From contig CANGXE010000001.1 in NCBI GenBank assembly GCA_947457525.1, positions 1-35,752 of the forward strand: a stretch of DNA of 35,752 nt. Direction: 5' to 3'. The notes under the pieces are model-generated. The model did no database searches. It had not been told where the DNA came from and saw nothing but the letters and a program-made list of their open reading frames with translations. Made by a program: the position numbers and the translations under genes. Position 1 is the stretch's first letter; each line of letters opens with the position of its first letter. Of the stretch, positions 1-8,884 are shown piece by piece. The DNA comes from Bacteroidota bacterium. GTDB lineage: Bacteria; Bacteroidota; Bacteroidia; Chitinophagales; LD1.

Positions 1-848
1 CTTGCTATCGCTACGAGCAAAGTGGAGAGCTCTTTGGCCTCATGCGTGTACGCTCTTTGCAGATGAACGATGCGCATATCTACTGCACCGAAAGCCAATT
101 TGAAGAAGAGTTTATGAAAGTGAACGAGCTTTATGTCAATTACTTCAAAATTTTTGGTATAGAAAAGTATGTGATGCGCTTCAGCAAACACGACCCGGCC
201 AAACTCGGTCAGAAGTACATTGACAACGCTCCGCTTTGGCAAAAAACCGAAGACATGGTGCGCAAAGTGTTGGTGAAATCCGGCATGCCGTTCAAAGAAG
301 TGGAAGACGAAGCTGCTTTCTATGGTCCGAAGATTGATATCCAAATCTGGAGCGCCATCGGTCGCGAGTTTACTATCGCTACCAATCAAGTGGATTTTGC
401 ACAAGCTGAGCGCTTCGACCTTTCTTTTATCAACGACAAAAACGAACGCGAACGCCCGCTCATCATCCACCGTGCGCCACTCTCTACTCACGAACGTTTC
501 ATCGGCTTTTTGCTCGAGCACTATGCCGGCAAATTCCCGGTGTGGTTATCTCCTGAGCAAGTGGCCATTTTACCCATTTCGGAGAAATATGCCGATTACG
601 GGAAGAAAATCCGCCAAACACTTCGTGAACTCAACATCGAAGCCACACTAGACGAACGCCAAGAAAAGATTGGCAAAAAAATCCGCGACACTGAATTGCG
701 TAAAGTGCCTTATATGCTTGTTATTGGCGAAAAAGAAATGACGGATGGCACCGTTGCCATCCGCAGACAAGGCCAAGGCGATCAAGGTGTAAAACCGCTT
801 GCCGATTTCATCGCCCAAATCAACCAAGAAATAGCGCAATACTTATAA
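1..848 (+). CDS. thrS: Threonyl-tRNA synthetase, C-terminal part (5' end outside window)
   Basis: Frame 3 is open from the window edge to TAA at 846-848. The translation CYRYEQSGELFGLMRVRSLQMNDAHIYC... matches the class II ThrRS catalytic core. It is followed by the anticodon-binding domain (PVWLSPEQVAILPISEKY...VIGEKEMTDGTVAIR). Confidence 0.95.
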   Translation, partial: CYRYEQSGELFGLMRVRSLQMNDAHIYCTESQFEEEFMKVNELYVNYFKIFGIEKYVMRFSKHDPAKLGQKYIDNAPLWQKTEDMVRKVLVKSGMPFKEVEDEAAFYGPKIDIQIWSAIGREFTIATNQVDFAQAERFDLSFINDKNERERPLIIHRAPLSTHERFIGFLLEHYAGKFPVWLSPEQVAILPISEKYADYGKKIRQTLRELNIEATLDERQEKIGKKIRDTELRKVPYMLVIGEKEMTDGTVAIRRQGQGDQGVKPLADFIAQINQEIAQYL

Positions 849-869
849 ATGTTATCACACCCAATGCTC

Positions 870-905
870 AAAGCCTCAACTTTATCGTTGGGGCTTTTTG
901 TTTTT
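870..905 (+). terminator. Rho-independent terminator after thrS
   Basis: 11-bp stem aaagcctcaac (870-880) / gttggggcttt (887-897) with one G-U wobble and a 6-nt loop, followed by a T-rich run tttttgttttt. It lies between convergent thrS and pbpC. Confidence 0.6.
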
Positions 906-948
906 GCAACAACCGAATAAGTGGATTTGATTTATAAAATTGAAGAGA

Positions 949-3312
949 CTATAAATCCACAAATTTTACTTTAATGCGGATGTTAGTGTTTCGGCCTTTA
1001 TCGTCTGTGCAGGAAATCTTTACGTTGCCTTCCTCTGGAGTGAAGAAAAGAGATTTGTTAACCGGAGTTTGTTGGAAGAACTTATTGTTGATGGTCCAAT
1101 AAACGAGTTGTACATCGCCCGTGGTTTCGCAGCGGAGTTGCAGCGGTTCGGGCTGGCGTTTACTAATGAGGTATTCTGCCCCATCTACCGGAAACTTTAT
1201 AACCGGTGCGCCTTCTACAAAAACTTTGTCGCATGCCGGATTATGTGGTGGCAAGGGTTCATAGGCCATGCGGTGTTCTTCATAGTAAGCTTGCATGTCG
1301 GGGGCGATGACTTTGAACCATTGCTTTTTGAAGCCTGCTTCGGGTTGGCAGTGCCTACAATAGGTAATCTTGCCCGCAGGATCGGTGGCAAACTCTTGAC
1401 GGTTGTTGCATACCATGGCCGGTGAAATCATAGGCAAAAAATAATCCATCACCGTGTTGGTGCATTGAGAAGATGGAAGCATTCCGGTCTCGGAACAAAC
1501 TAAACGAATACCACATTCTTTTGGCATGGAGAACCATTCATTAGTCGAGTTATAATCTATAGTATTAAACAACTTGAAGAGCAAAGGCGTGGCAATGTTA
1601 GCGCCATTCAGTTCCGGCACTCCCTCACCGGAGAAATTGCCGACCCAAGCACCAATGGTGTAGTTCCTATTATAGCCAATGCTCCAAGCATCGCGCCTCC
1701 CGTAGCTAGTGCCGGTTTTCCAAGCAATGCGCGGAGTGTGCATACTCGCCTCCCAATTCACCGGCAAATCGGGTCTGGCTAAGCGCGACAATATTTCATT
1801 GAGCATAAACGTGGCCGATGGAGAAAGTAAAGTAATTGAGTCTGCGTAGATTTCTAAGGGTTTAGTTCGCTCTCCCATGTCGCCCTTGCGCAGGTTGGGC
1901 TGAATAGTTTGCGTACTGGTATAAATCGGTGGTACAAATACTCCTTCATTGGCTAAGGCCGCATAAAGTCCGGTCATTTCTTCGAGGCTTACTCCGCAAC
2001 CTCCCAACGCAAGGCTCAAACCAAGTTTGTTTTGGTCTTTCTTTATTTGCCTAAACCCACAAGCCGACAAACGCTGCACCAAGGCAGATGTACCTATGCT
2101 GTTCAGTGCTTTCACCGCAGGAATATTCAACGAATTTTCGAGTGCATATTCGGCCGAGACCAAACCATGAAACTGTTCATCATAATTCTCTGGCGCAAAG
2201 CCACCCAGATTTATCGGCACATCGCTCATCATGGTGTTAGGTGTCAACACACCCTGATCAAAACAAAGGCCATAAATCAATGGTTTGAGCGCACTGCCCG
2301 GTTGGCGAATGGCTGATGCTCCGTTTACCTGCCCACCATCACGAACGGCATTAAAATCAGCGGAACCAATGTACGTAACCACTTCGTGGGTTTTATTATC
2401 TACCACCATCACAGCTGCATTGCGTATGTTTAGTGCGTAAAGATTGCGTACATAGTCGCCTACTATTTTTTCCGACTTAAATTGCATCTGTAGGTCAATC
2501 GGTGTGCGGATGATTTCCGAAGTAGCACTTCGCTTTAGCTTCAACGATAAGTGCGGAGCTAGTTTCGGAGCATCATTTCTGCGCGCTGTGAGCGGTTCAT
2601 CGAGCGCATCGCTGATTTCGGCAGCAGTAAATATTTTACCATCAGCAAAACTTTGGAGCCACTTGTTGCGCTCGGCTATAATCTTATCGTTATTTCGCCC
2701 CATGCGCAGGGAAGATGGACGGTTAGGGATGATCGAAAGAGCAGTCACTTCGGCTAGAGACAAATGGTCGGGGTTCTTTTTAAAATACAACACAGAAGCA
2801 CTCTTCACTCCTTCTATGTTGCTCCCAAACGGCATTTTATTGATATACAACTGCAAAATTTCATCTTTCGAATACGTCCATTCGAGCTGAAAAGCGCGAA
2901 ACACTTCAATCAGTTTATTGAAATATGTTCTTCGCTTGGGTTCTAACATCCTGGCTACTTGCATGGTGATGGTCGAAGCGCCCGAGGTCCGTTTGAGCCG
3001 CAATACGTTCATCACTGCAGCTCTAGCAATGGCTATTACGTTCACCCCGGGATGATAGTAGAAATACTTATCTTCTTTATACAACAAAGTAACTTTCAAC
3101 ATCGGAGAGATTTCGGCCAAATCGGTTTTCATCCGCCACTTTTCATCGGGCGTAAGAAATACATGAATGACTTCGCCTTTGTTATCCAACACCACAGTAG
3201 AGTAACTCGGTGCAGCCGGCAAAGGAAATACTAAATGCAGCACCACGCTTATGGCAACAAAAGCCACAGTGATTAATAAAAAGCGTTGGAGAAAAGGTGG
3301 CAGGTTCTTCAA
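949..3312 (-). CDS. pbpC: Penicillin-binding protein 1C (bifunctional glycosyltransferase/transpeptidase)
   Basis: 787 aa with an N-terminal TM anchor. GT51 motifs YKEDKYFYYHPGVN and GASTITMQ are present. Transpeptidase motifs are SALK (SxxK), SLN (SxN) and KTGTS (KTG). A long C-terminal extension is typical of PBP1C. The only start codon available upstream of the TM helix is TTG (3310-3312), 3 codons after an in-frame TAG. Confidence 0.85.
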   Translation of the reverse strand: MKNLPPFLQRFLLITVAFVAISVVLHLVFPLPAAPSYSTVVLDNKGEVIHVFLTPDEKWRMKTDLAEISPMLKVTLLYKEDKYFYYHPGVNVIAIARAAVMNVLRLKRTSGASTITMQVARMLEPKRRTYFNKLIEVFRAFQLEWTYSKDEILQLYINKMPFGSNIEGVKSASVLYFKKNPDHLSLAEVTALSIIPNRPSSLRMGRNNDKIIAERNKWLQSFADGKIFTAAEISDALDEPLTARRNDAPKLAPHLSLKLKRSATSEIIRTPIDLQMQFKSEKIVGDYVRNLYALNIRNAAVMVVDNKTHEVVTYIGSADFNAVRDGGQVNGASAIRQPGSALKPLIYGLCFDQGVLTPNTMMSDVPINLGGFAPENYDEQFHGLVSAEYALENSLNIPAVKALNSIGTSALVQRLSACGFRQIKKDQNKLGLSLALGGCGVSLEEMTGLYAALANEGVFVPPIYTSTQTIQPNLRKGDMGERTKPLEIYADSITLLSPSATFMLNEILSRLARPDLPVNWEASMHTPRIAWKTGTSYGRRDAWSIGYNRNYTIGAWVGNFSGEGVPELNGANIATPLLFKLFNTIDYNSTNEWFSMPKECGIRLVCSETGMLPSSQCTNTVMDYFLPMISPAMVCNNRQEFATDPAGKITYCRHCQPEAGFKKQWFKVIAPDMQAYYEEHRMAYEPLPPHNPACDKVFVEGAPVIKFPVDGAEYLISKRQPEPLQLRCETTGDVQLVYWTINNKFFQQTPVNKSLFFTPEEGNVKISCTDDKGRNTNIRIKVKFVDL

Positions 3313-3451
3313 AATATTGATCTAAAAACGCTGAAAAATACCAATTCGCATATCATAAATGACAAAAACAAAGGTTAACAGCTAAATGAGTACAACCTAT
3401 TGGCGAAAATATTTTATTTGTGACTCAAAGTAACTCTAAACCAACATAAAT

Positions 3452-4843
3452 ATGAATTACGATTTGATAGTGATAGGAAGCGGTCCGGGCGGCTATGTGG
3501 CAGCTATTCGTGCTTCACAATTAGGATTGAAAACGGCAGTGGTCGAAAAAGAAAGTCTGGGCGGAGTTTGCCTCAACTGGGGTTGTATTCCAACCAAAGC
3601 TTTGTTGAAAAGCGCACAAGTGTTCAACTATATTCAACACGCTGCAGACTACGGAATCACTGTAGCCGCTCCTAAAGCTGATTTTAGCGGCATCATACAA
3701 CGCAGCCGTGATGTGGCCGAAGGCATGAGCAAAGGCGTTCAGTTCCTGATGAAGAAAAACAAGATTGACGTCATCATGGGCACAGGGAAATTGAAGAAAG
3801 GAGGGAAAGTCGAAGTAAAAGACACCACCGGAAAAACAACAGAATACAGCGCAAAGCATATAATCCTTGCCACTGGTTCGCGCAGCCGGGAGTTGCCGAA
3901 TGTGAAACAAGACGGTAAGAAAGTAATCGGTTATCGCGAAGCGATGAACTTGCCTACTCAGCCGAGCAGCATGGTGGTGATGGGCAGTGGAGCTATCGGT
4001 ATGGAGTTTGCCTATTTCTACGCCAGCTTAGGCACCAAAGTAACCGTTGTAGAGTTTATGGACAACATCCTACCGCGCGAAGACAAAGATGTATCGAAAG
4101 AGATGGAGAAAATCTTCAAAAAACAAGGCATCAACATACTCACCGGCACGAGCGTAGAGAAAGTGGACAGCAGCGGAAAGCAATGCGTAGTAAGCATCAA
4201 AACTAAAGATGGCAAAGCAGATACAATTACGTGCGATGTTGTTCTTAGTGCCGTGGGTATTACTACTAATTTAGAGGGATTAGGTTTGGAAGAAGTTGGC
4301 GTAAAAACCGACAAAGGTTTAGTGACGGTGAATGATTACTATGCTACGAATGTGGCGGGAGTCTACGCTATTGGCGACATCGTGAAAGGCCCTGCCTTAG
4401 CGCACGTAGCTTCTGCCGAAGGCATCACTTGTGTAGAAAAAATAGCCGGACATCATCCTGAACCGATTGACTACAACAACATTCCAGGTTGCACATATTG
4501 CTGGCCGGAAGTAGCCAGTGTAGGCTTAACTGAAGAACAAGCCAAAGAAAAAGGCTATACACTTAAGATTGGAAAATTCCCCTTCAGTGCATCGGGCAAG
4601 GCGAGTGCAAGTGGTTCGAAAGAAGGTTTTGTTAAAGTGATATTTGATGCCAAATACGGAGAATGGTTGGGTTGCCACATGGTAGGCGCTAACGTTACCG
4701 AAATGATTGCAGAAGTCGTAGTAGCTCGTAAGCTAGAAACCACAGGCATGGAAATTATCAAATCTATTCACCCACACCCTACCATGAGTGAGGCGATTAT
4801 GGAAGCCACGGCTGCAGCTTATGGCGAAGTCATCCACTTATAA
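3452..4843 (+). CDS. lpdA: Dihydrolipoyl dehydrogenase (E3 component)
   Basis: 463 aa. FAD motif VIGSGPGGY, redox-active disulfide GGVCLNWGCIPTK, NAD motif MGSGAIGMEF, and the C-terminal interface motif HPHPTMSE. Confidence 0.95.
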   Translation: MNYDLIVIGSGPGGYVAAIRASQLGLKTAVVEKESLGGVCLNWGCIPTKALLKSAQVFNYIQHAADYGITVAAPKADFSGIIQRSRDVAEGMSKGVQFLMKKNKIDVIMGTGKLKKGGKVEVKDTTGKTTEYSAKHIILATGSRSRELPNVKQDGKKVIGYREAMNLPTQPSSMVVMGSGAIGMEFAYFYASLGTKVTVVEFMDNILPREDKDVSKEMEKIFKKQGINILTGTSVEKVDSSGKQCVVSIKTKDGKADTITCDVVLSAVGITTNLEGLGLEEVGVKTDKGLVTVNDYYATNVAGVYAIGDIVKGPALAHVASAEGITCVEKIAGHHPEPIDYNNIPGCTYCWPEVASVGLTEEQAKEKGYTLKIGKFPFSASGKASASGSKEGFVKVIFDAKYGEWLGCHMVGANVTEMIAEVVVARKLETTGMEIIKSIHPHPTMSEAIMEATAAAYGEVIHL

Positions 4844-4849
4844 TCACGC

Positions 4850-5251
4850 ATGAAAAAAATAGCAATAGTAGTTATTGGTGGTTTAGTGCTTAGTTTGGCT
4901 GCTTGCAAAGTGAGCCAAGAGCAACTATTGTGCAAAACATGGCGCGTAGCGGAAGTAGATTTTAGCGAAAAACTAGTTTCTGAACCTTGGCAAAAACCCT
5001 TAATCATTCAGCAGCTGAAAGACAGTATGATTGTGGTTTTGGGGAAAGATAAATCGTACAAACTTTATCGGCCGGGAGGCTACGAAGAAGGCAGTTGGGA
5101 ACTAAATAAAAAAACGAATACACTCTACGTGCGCACCCAGCATAGCGGGTCTACTAATACTATCAGCACATTGAGCGAAGACAAGATGGAAGTAAACGTT
5201 AAAGATAAAAGCGGAATGGAAATGCAATTGACTTTGACACCTTACAAATAA
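4850..5251 (+). CDS. Small lipoprotein, function unknown (lipocalin-like pattern)
   Basis: 133 aa, signal peptide with lipobox LAAC. Starts 6 nt after the lpdA stop. No catalytic motif recognised. Confidence 0.6.
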   Translation: MKKIAIVVIGGLVLSLAACKVSQEQLLCKTWRVAEVDFSEKLVSEPWQKPLIIQQLKDSMIVVLGKDKSYKLYRPGGYEEGSWELNKKTNTLYVRTQHSGSTNTISTLSEDKMEVNVKDKSGMEMQLTLTPYK

Positions 5252-5793
5252 GAAGTAACGTCAATAATCTTAAACTCTTCGCCAATAATCACGAAGCCAA
5301 AAAACTTTCGGTTTAAGCTTTTATCGCCAACAAACAGCACTTCCAACACCAACATAGCGCTGCCGCCCGCTTGTGGCATTTCGAACACGCGGCCATACTC
5401 AATAGCCGTTGAAGTTTTTTTCCACTTCGCAAAGGTTTCCCCCGTGATACGAACGATAGTCTTATCGTAGCTATTTCTCAGTGAATGCACTTCTACTCCC
5501 AAACGATTCTGATCGGGTCCGCGATACACTAACAAATTTCCCAATGCATTGTAGTCTTTCTTAACGCTCGCCTCAAAAACTTTGTCCAATACTTCAGCTA
5601 ACACCGGTATCACAGCTGTATCTGCACGCGGAGCTTCTACACTGTTCTCGGGGCGAAGGCTCACTGCCGTGGTGTCATAAGGCAAAGCAGCGTTATCAGC
5701 TTTCTTATTGCATTGTTTACATGCCGACAAAGAACCCGCAAAAATTGCCAACCCACCTACCAACAAAAAGAAAGAAACACGTAATTTCATCAT
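5242..5793 (-). CDS. Lipoprotein, function unknown
   Basis: 183 aa, signal peptide with lipobox LSAC. Lies 6 nt downstream of the GNAT gene on the same strand. Its 3' end overlaps the convergent 4850-5251 gene by 10 nt. Confidence 0.6.
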   Translation of the reverse strand: MMKLRVSFFLLVGGLAIFAGSLSACKQCNKKADNAALPYDTTAVSLRPENSVEAPRADTAVIPVLAEVLDKVFEASVKKDYNALGNLLVYRGPDQNRLGVEVHSLRNSYDKTIVRITGETFAKWKKTSTAIEYGRVFEMPQAGGSAMLVLEVLFVGDKSLNRKFFGFVIIGEEFKIIDVTSYL

Positions 5794-5799
5794 GCAATA

Positions 5800-6240
5800 T
5801 TAGCAGATTGTTTTTTGCATCCTAAAATGAGGGATACCTACTTCCTCAAATTCTTCGCCCACTGTCTCAAAACCAAGCTGAAGATAAAAAGGCACAGCCG
5901 TTTTACGGGCATTACAGTGCATCAGCTTCACTCCTTTCTCCAAAACATATTTTTCAGCCGCTACCGACAATTTTCTCCCTAGTCCTTTACCTTGCTCTTT
6001 TTCACTCACAGCCACTTGGCGCACTTTCACCGAGCCAGGCGAATCGAAGGTTAAAGTCAAGCAAGCCTTTACTTCCTCCTGCTCGGCTATCAATGCTACA
6101 TGAGTATCTGCTTCATCTTTTTTTAACTCTGCGTCTGTGAACTCCAAACCGAGCGGCTTTCGTAAAACAGCATAGCGTAGAGCCAATGCTTTAGCGTAAA
6201 ACGGATGTTGTGTGTCGAAAAAATGTATCGTATATTCCAT
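5800..6240 (-). CDS. GNAT family N-acetyltransferase (ElaA-like small GNAT)
   Basis: Acetyl-CoA motif A is RQVAVSEKEQGKGLGRKL, and the C-terminal PFYLQLGF is typical of GNAT. I trimmed the GTG-initiated 166-aa track ORF to the ATG at 6238-6240 (MEYTIHFF...), giving 146 aa. This removes the overlap with the divergent gene. Confidence 0.8.
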   Translation of the reverse strand: MEYTIHFFDTQHPFYAKALALRYAVLRKPLGLEFTDAELKKDEADTHVALIAEQEEVKACLTLTFDSPGSVKVRQVAVSEKEQGKGLGRKLSVAAEKYVLEKGVKLMHCNARKTAVPFYLQLGFETVGEEFEEVGIPHFRMQKTIC

Positions 6241-6326
6241 ATTCGTTTGCGAATAAACGCAAAAAAGCGCACGCTGCGTTTTGTGCAATTCCAATTTCAC
6301 TTACTTTGGCTTCAAAATTTATTTAT

Positions 6327-6695
6327 ATGAAATCAATCTTTATGATTTGCTTGTTGTTTCTCTCCGCTTCGCTTTCGGCTATGCCCGAAACTCCGGCAGA
6401 AAAAGCGACTCAACAACTCGCTGAGTACGGCAAAGCATTTACACTTACTTCCGAACAGAAAGCAGCCGCAACTCCTGTTCTTAAAGAGTACTACACTAAA
6501 CGTGCGGAAGTGAAAGCAAACAAAGATATTACTAAAAAAGCGGAAGAAGAAAAGATAGACATCCTTAAAGCTAAGCGCGATAAGCAATTAAGAACAATTT
6601 TTGGTTCGGAAAATTGGAAGAACTGGGAATACTACAAAGCGAAGCAAAAAGCCGCAGATAAAGCCGCAAAAGCTCAGCAAAAAGAGCAAGAATAG
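6327..6695 (+). CDS. Secreted Lys/Glu-rich helical protein with an LTxxQ motif (possibly Spy/CpxP-like)
   Basis: Trimmed to the internal ATG at 6327 (MKSIFMICLLFLSASLSA = Sec signal). The mature part is K/E/A-rich and contains LTSEQ (LTxxQ). The product assignment is weak. Confidence 0.5.
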   Translation: MKSIFMICLLFLSASLSAMPETPAEKATQQLAEYGKAFTLTSEQKAAATPVLKEYYTKRAEVKANKDITKKAEEEKIDILKAKRDKQLRTIFGSENWKNWEYYKAKQKAADKAAKAQQKEQE

Positions 6696-6801
6696 ACAGA
6701 TACTCTTCGTTTCCACACCCAAAAGGTTGATTAACAATTTGCGGTAACCAAAAAAATGCTTTGGTTTGCCTTTAATATTAAACTAAATAAACCCAAATAT
6801 C

Positions 6802-8130
6802 ATGGCAGAGAAAATTACCATCAGCAGAGGAAAATTGAAAGTTCCGGATCAACCGATCATCCCTTTTATCGAAGGAGATGGTACAGGACCGGACATTTGG
6901 AAAGCATCAGTTCGTGTGTTGGACGCAGCAGTTCAAAAAGCATACAAAGGCAAAAAGAAAATCGAGTGGAAAGAAGTTTTGGCCGGAGAAAAAAGCTTCA
7001 AGAGAACCGGCAGCTGGTTGCCCGATGAAACATTGGATGCTTTCCGCGAATATCTAGTAGGTATCAAAGGACCATTGACCACACCCGTGGGTGGCGGTAT
7101 CCGCTCATTGAATGTTGCGCTTCGTCAAATCCTAGACCTTTACGTTTGTCTTCGCCCAGTGCGTTACTATGCCGGCACCCCATCACCGGTGAAACATCCA
7201 GAGAAAGTGGACATGGTTATTTTCCGTGAAAACACTGAAGATATTTATGCCGGTATCGAGTTTGCCGCAGGTTCACCGGAAGCGGCTGACCTATTGAAGT
7301 TTTTAAAAAAACGTTTTGAGAAAGACTACGGAAAAATTCGTTTCAACGACAAAAAGCGCGCAAAAGAGTATATTAAAATTGCTCGCTTGAAAGACGAAAC
7401 TGCTGAGCCATTTGTTGGCTTGGGTATTAAAGCGGTGTCTAAATTAGGTTCACAACGTTTAATCCGTTCGGCTATTCAATACGCCATCGACAACAAACAA
7501 AAATCGGTGACCCTTGTACACAAAGGAAACATCATGAAATACACCGAAGGTGCATTCCGCGATTGGGGCTATGAAATAGCGGCTAAAGAATTTGGCGCAC
7601 AAACCTATACTTGGGCAACTTGGGAAGTGACCAAAAAAGCTAAAGGTGAAGCAGCTGCCAATGAAGAAATGAAAGCCGCTCAAGCAGCAGGAAAAGTAAT
7701 TATTAAAGACTCTATTGCCGACATCACGCTTCAACAAGTGTTGACCCGTCCGGAAGATTTTGATGTAATTGCTACATTAAATTTAAATGGAGACTATCTA
7801 AGTGATGCGCTTGCCGCTCAAGTAGGCGGTATTGGAATTGCTCCGGGAGCAAACATCAACTACATCACCGGTCACGCCATTTTCGAAGCTACTCACGGCA
7901 CCGCGCCAAAGTATGCCGACCTCGACAAAGTAAACCCTGGTTCAGTTATCCTTTCAGGAGCTATGATGTTTGAATACTTAGGTTGGGATGCAGCCGCCAA
8001 ACTCATCCATAAAGGATTAGAAGCCGCTATTCACCACAAAAAAGTGACTTATGATTTTGCTCGTTTGATGGATGGTGCAACGGAAGTGAAATGCAGCCAA
8101 TTTGCCGATGAAATCATCAGCCACTTTTAA
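6802..8130 (+). CDS. icd: NADP-dependent isocitrate dehydrogenase (homodimeric, E. coli Icd type)
   Basis: 442 aa. [60 protein letters not shown] and [10 protein letters not shown] closely resemble E. coli Icd as I recall it. Confidence 0.95.
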   Translation: MAEKITISRGKLKVPDQPIIPFIEGDGTGPDIWKASVRVLDAAVQKAYKGKKKIEWKEVLAGEKSFKRTGSWLPDETLDAFREYLVGIKGPLTTPVGGGIRSLNVALRQILDLYVCLRPVRYYAGTPSPVKHPEKVDMVIFRENTEDIYAGIEFAAGSPEAADLLKFLKKRFEKDYGKIRFNDKKRAKEYIKIARLKDETAEPFVGLGIKAVSKLGSQRLIRSAIQYAIDNKQKSVTLVHKGNIMKYTEGAFRDWGYEIAAKEFGAQTYTWATWEVTKKAKGEAAANEEMKAAQAAGKVIIKDSIADITLQQVLTRPEDFDVIATLNLNGDYLSDALAAQVGGIGIAPGANINYITGHAIFEATHGTAPKYADLDKVNPGSVILSGAMMFEYLGWDAAAKLIHKGLEAAIHHKKVTYDFARLMDGATEVKCSQFADEIISHF

Positions 8131-8158
8131 TCAATAATCAATTATAATAACTTTAAAA

Positions 8159-8189
8159 AGCGTTGCTCGAAAATGGGCAGCGCTTTTTT
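8159..8189. terminator. Bidirectional rho-independent terminator between convergent icd and the pheT-GNAT operon
   Basis: 8-bp GC-rich stem agcgttgc (8159-8166) / gcagcgct (8177-8184) with one G-U wobble. T6 follows on the + strand and an A5 tract precedes it, which reads as T5 on the - strand. Confidence 0.65.
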
Positions 8190-8275
8190 CTAAATAGAAC
8201 TCGAATAATAAATGAATTGTAAATTGAACTTCTAAGTGCTGCAGTACATTTTGAAGACAATCAGATTACCCACCT

Positions 8276-8863
8276 CTATGGCTTATAGCGCATCACCCAG
8301 CTTTTTAGTGCGCTGCTTTTCAGTAGCGTTTCATGCACCAACTCAAAGCCTAGCTTTTGGTAGATGAGTACATTCTTAGCATCTTCTGTTTTAAGCCAAA
8401 ACTCATTCAATCCTTGCTTACGCATTTCACCAATAGATTGCTCAATAATTTGACGGCTGAGGCCTTTGCCTCGTACAGTTGCACTCACCCCCACGCACCA
8501 GATGTAGCCCATCTTTGCACCAGCATGTTTAGCTATCCAACCTTCCGACACGGCATCGTGGTTCATCAATCGAAGTGTAGATTTAACGCCCAACTTAAAC
8601 GGCAAACTCAACATCCCGGCTTTTGCCTCACGAATCAGCCCCAATGGAAAATGATGGCCTGGCAGCCAAATTAAGGCAGCTTGGTGGTCGGCATCGAGCA
8701 GCACACCACCATACTTAAAAGCAGCTTTGGCACAATGAGTATAAAGCTGATGTAGCGCCTGGCTACGCTCCTGCTCGGTGCGCCCCTCAAAAGCATGAAG
8801 CATGAGCGGGTAATGTAAAAAAGCATCAGCCAATATTTGACCGGCTTTTTGGTAAGATACCAT
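8276..8863 (-). CDS. GNAT family N-acetyltransferase
   Basis: 195 aa. Motif A is VGVSATVRGKGLSRQII, followed by YQKLGFE, with an N-terminal helical extension. Lies 21 nt downstream of pheT on the same strand. Confidence 0.75.
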   Translation of the reverse strand: MVSYQKAGQILADAFLHYPLMLHAFEGRTEQERSQALHQLYTHCAKAAFKYGGVLLDADHQAALIWLPGHHFPLGLIREAKAGMLSLPFKLGVKSTLRLMNHDAVSEGWIAKHAGAKMGYIWCVGVSATVRGKGLSRQIIEQSIGEMRKQGLNEFWLKTEDAKNVLIYQKLGFELVHETLLKSSALKSWVMRYKP

Positions 8864-8884
8864 AAGTTAATTTAAGATTTAAAA

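Noticed and set aside
1069-3234. A series of + strand ORFs (1069-1425, 2032-2316, 2504-2890, 2764-2946, 2959-3234) lies inside the pbpC region.
   Set aside because: All lie antisense to a 787-aa gene with complete GT51 and transpeptidase motifs. Their translations are low-complexity or Arg/Ser/Cys-rich with no motifs. These are typical shadow ORFs.
949-3312. pbpC has no adjacent alpha-2-macroglobulin (yfhM-type) gene, and thrS is not followed by infC-rpmI-rplT.
   Set aside because: These are synteny differences relative to Proteobacteria and Firmicutes only. The partner genes may be elsewhere in the genome, and such arrangements are not fixed in Bacteroidota. This is not evidence of anything unusual.
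6247-6280. Short mutually exclusive GC hairpins lie in the GNAT / LTxxQ-gene divergent region: ttgcg-N6-cgcaa versus aacgca-N13-tgcgtt.
   Set aside because: The stems are only 5-6 bp, with no associated leader peptide or known riboswitch motif, and the region is a divergent promoter. This is too weak to call an attenuator.
6210-6326. The divergent genes 5800-6300(-) and 6210-6695(+) apparently overlap at their 5' ends by 91 nt in the ORF track.
   Set aside because: This is an artefact of taking the longest ORF. The - ORF uses a GTG 20 codons upstream of a good ATG (MEYTIHFF). The + ORF has a proper signal peptide only from the internal ATG at 6327. With trimmed starts the genes are separated by 86 nt.
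7300-7700. Two insertions in Icd relative to E. coli Icd as I recall it: ~20 aa after KIRF ([24 protein letters not shown]) and ~13 aa in the EFG…IIKD segment.
   Set aside because: They are probably lineage-specific surface loops; similar inserts are known in Bacillus-type IDH. I cannot assess them without an alignment, and catalytic and Ser-113-equivalent residues are intact.
8276-8863. The GNAT acetyltransferase directly downstream of pheT was considered as an aminoacyl-tRNA-acetylating toxin (TacT/AtaT-like).
   Set aside because: There is no small antitoxin ORF on either side (21-nt gap to pheT, then a terminator). Size and N-terminal extension are unlike the ~160-175-aa toxin GNATs. The sequence reads as an ordinary GNAT.
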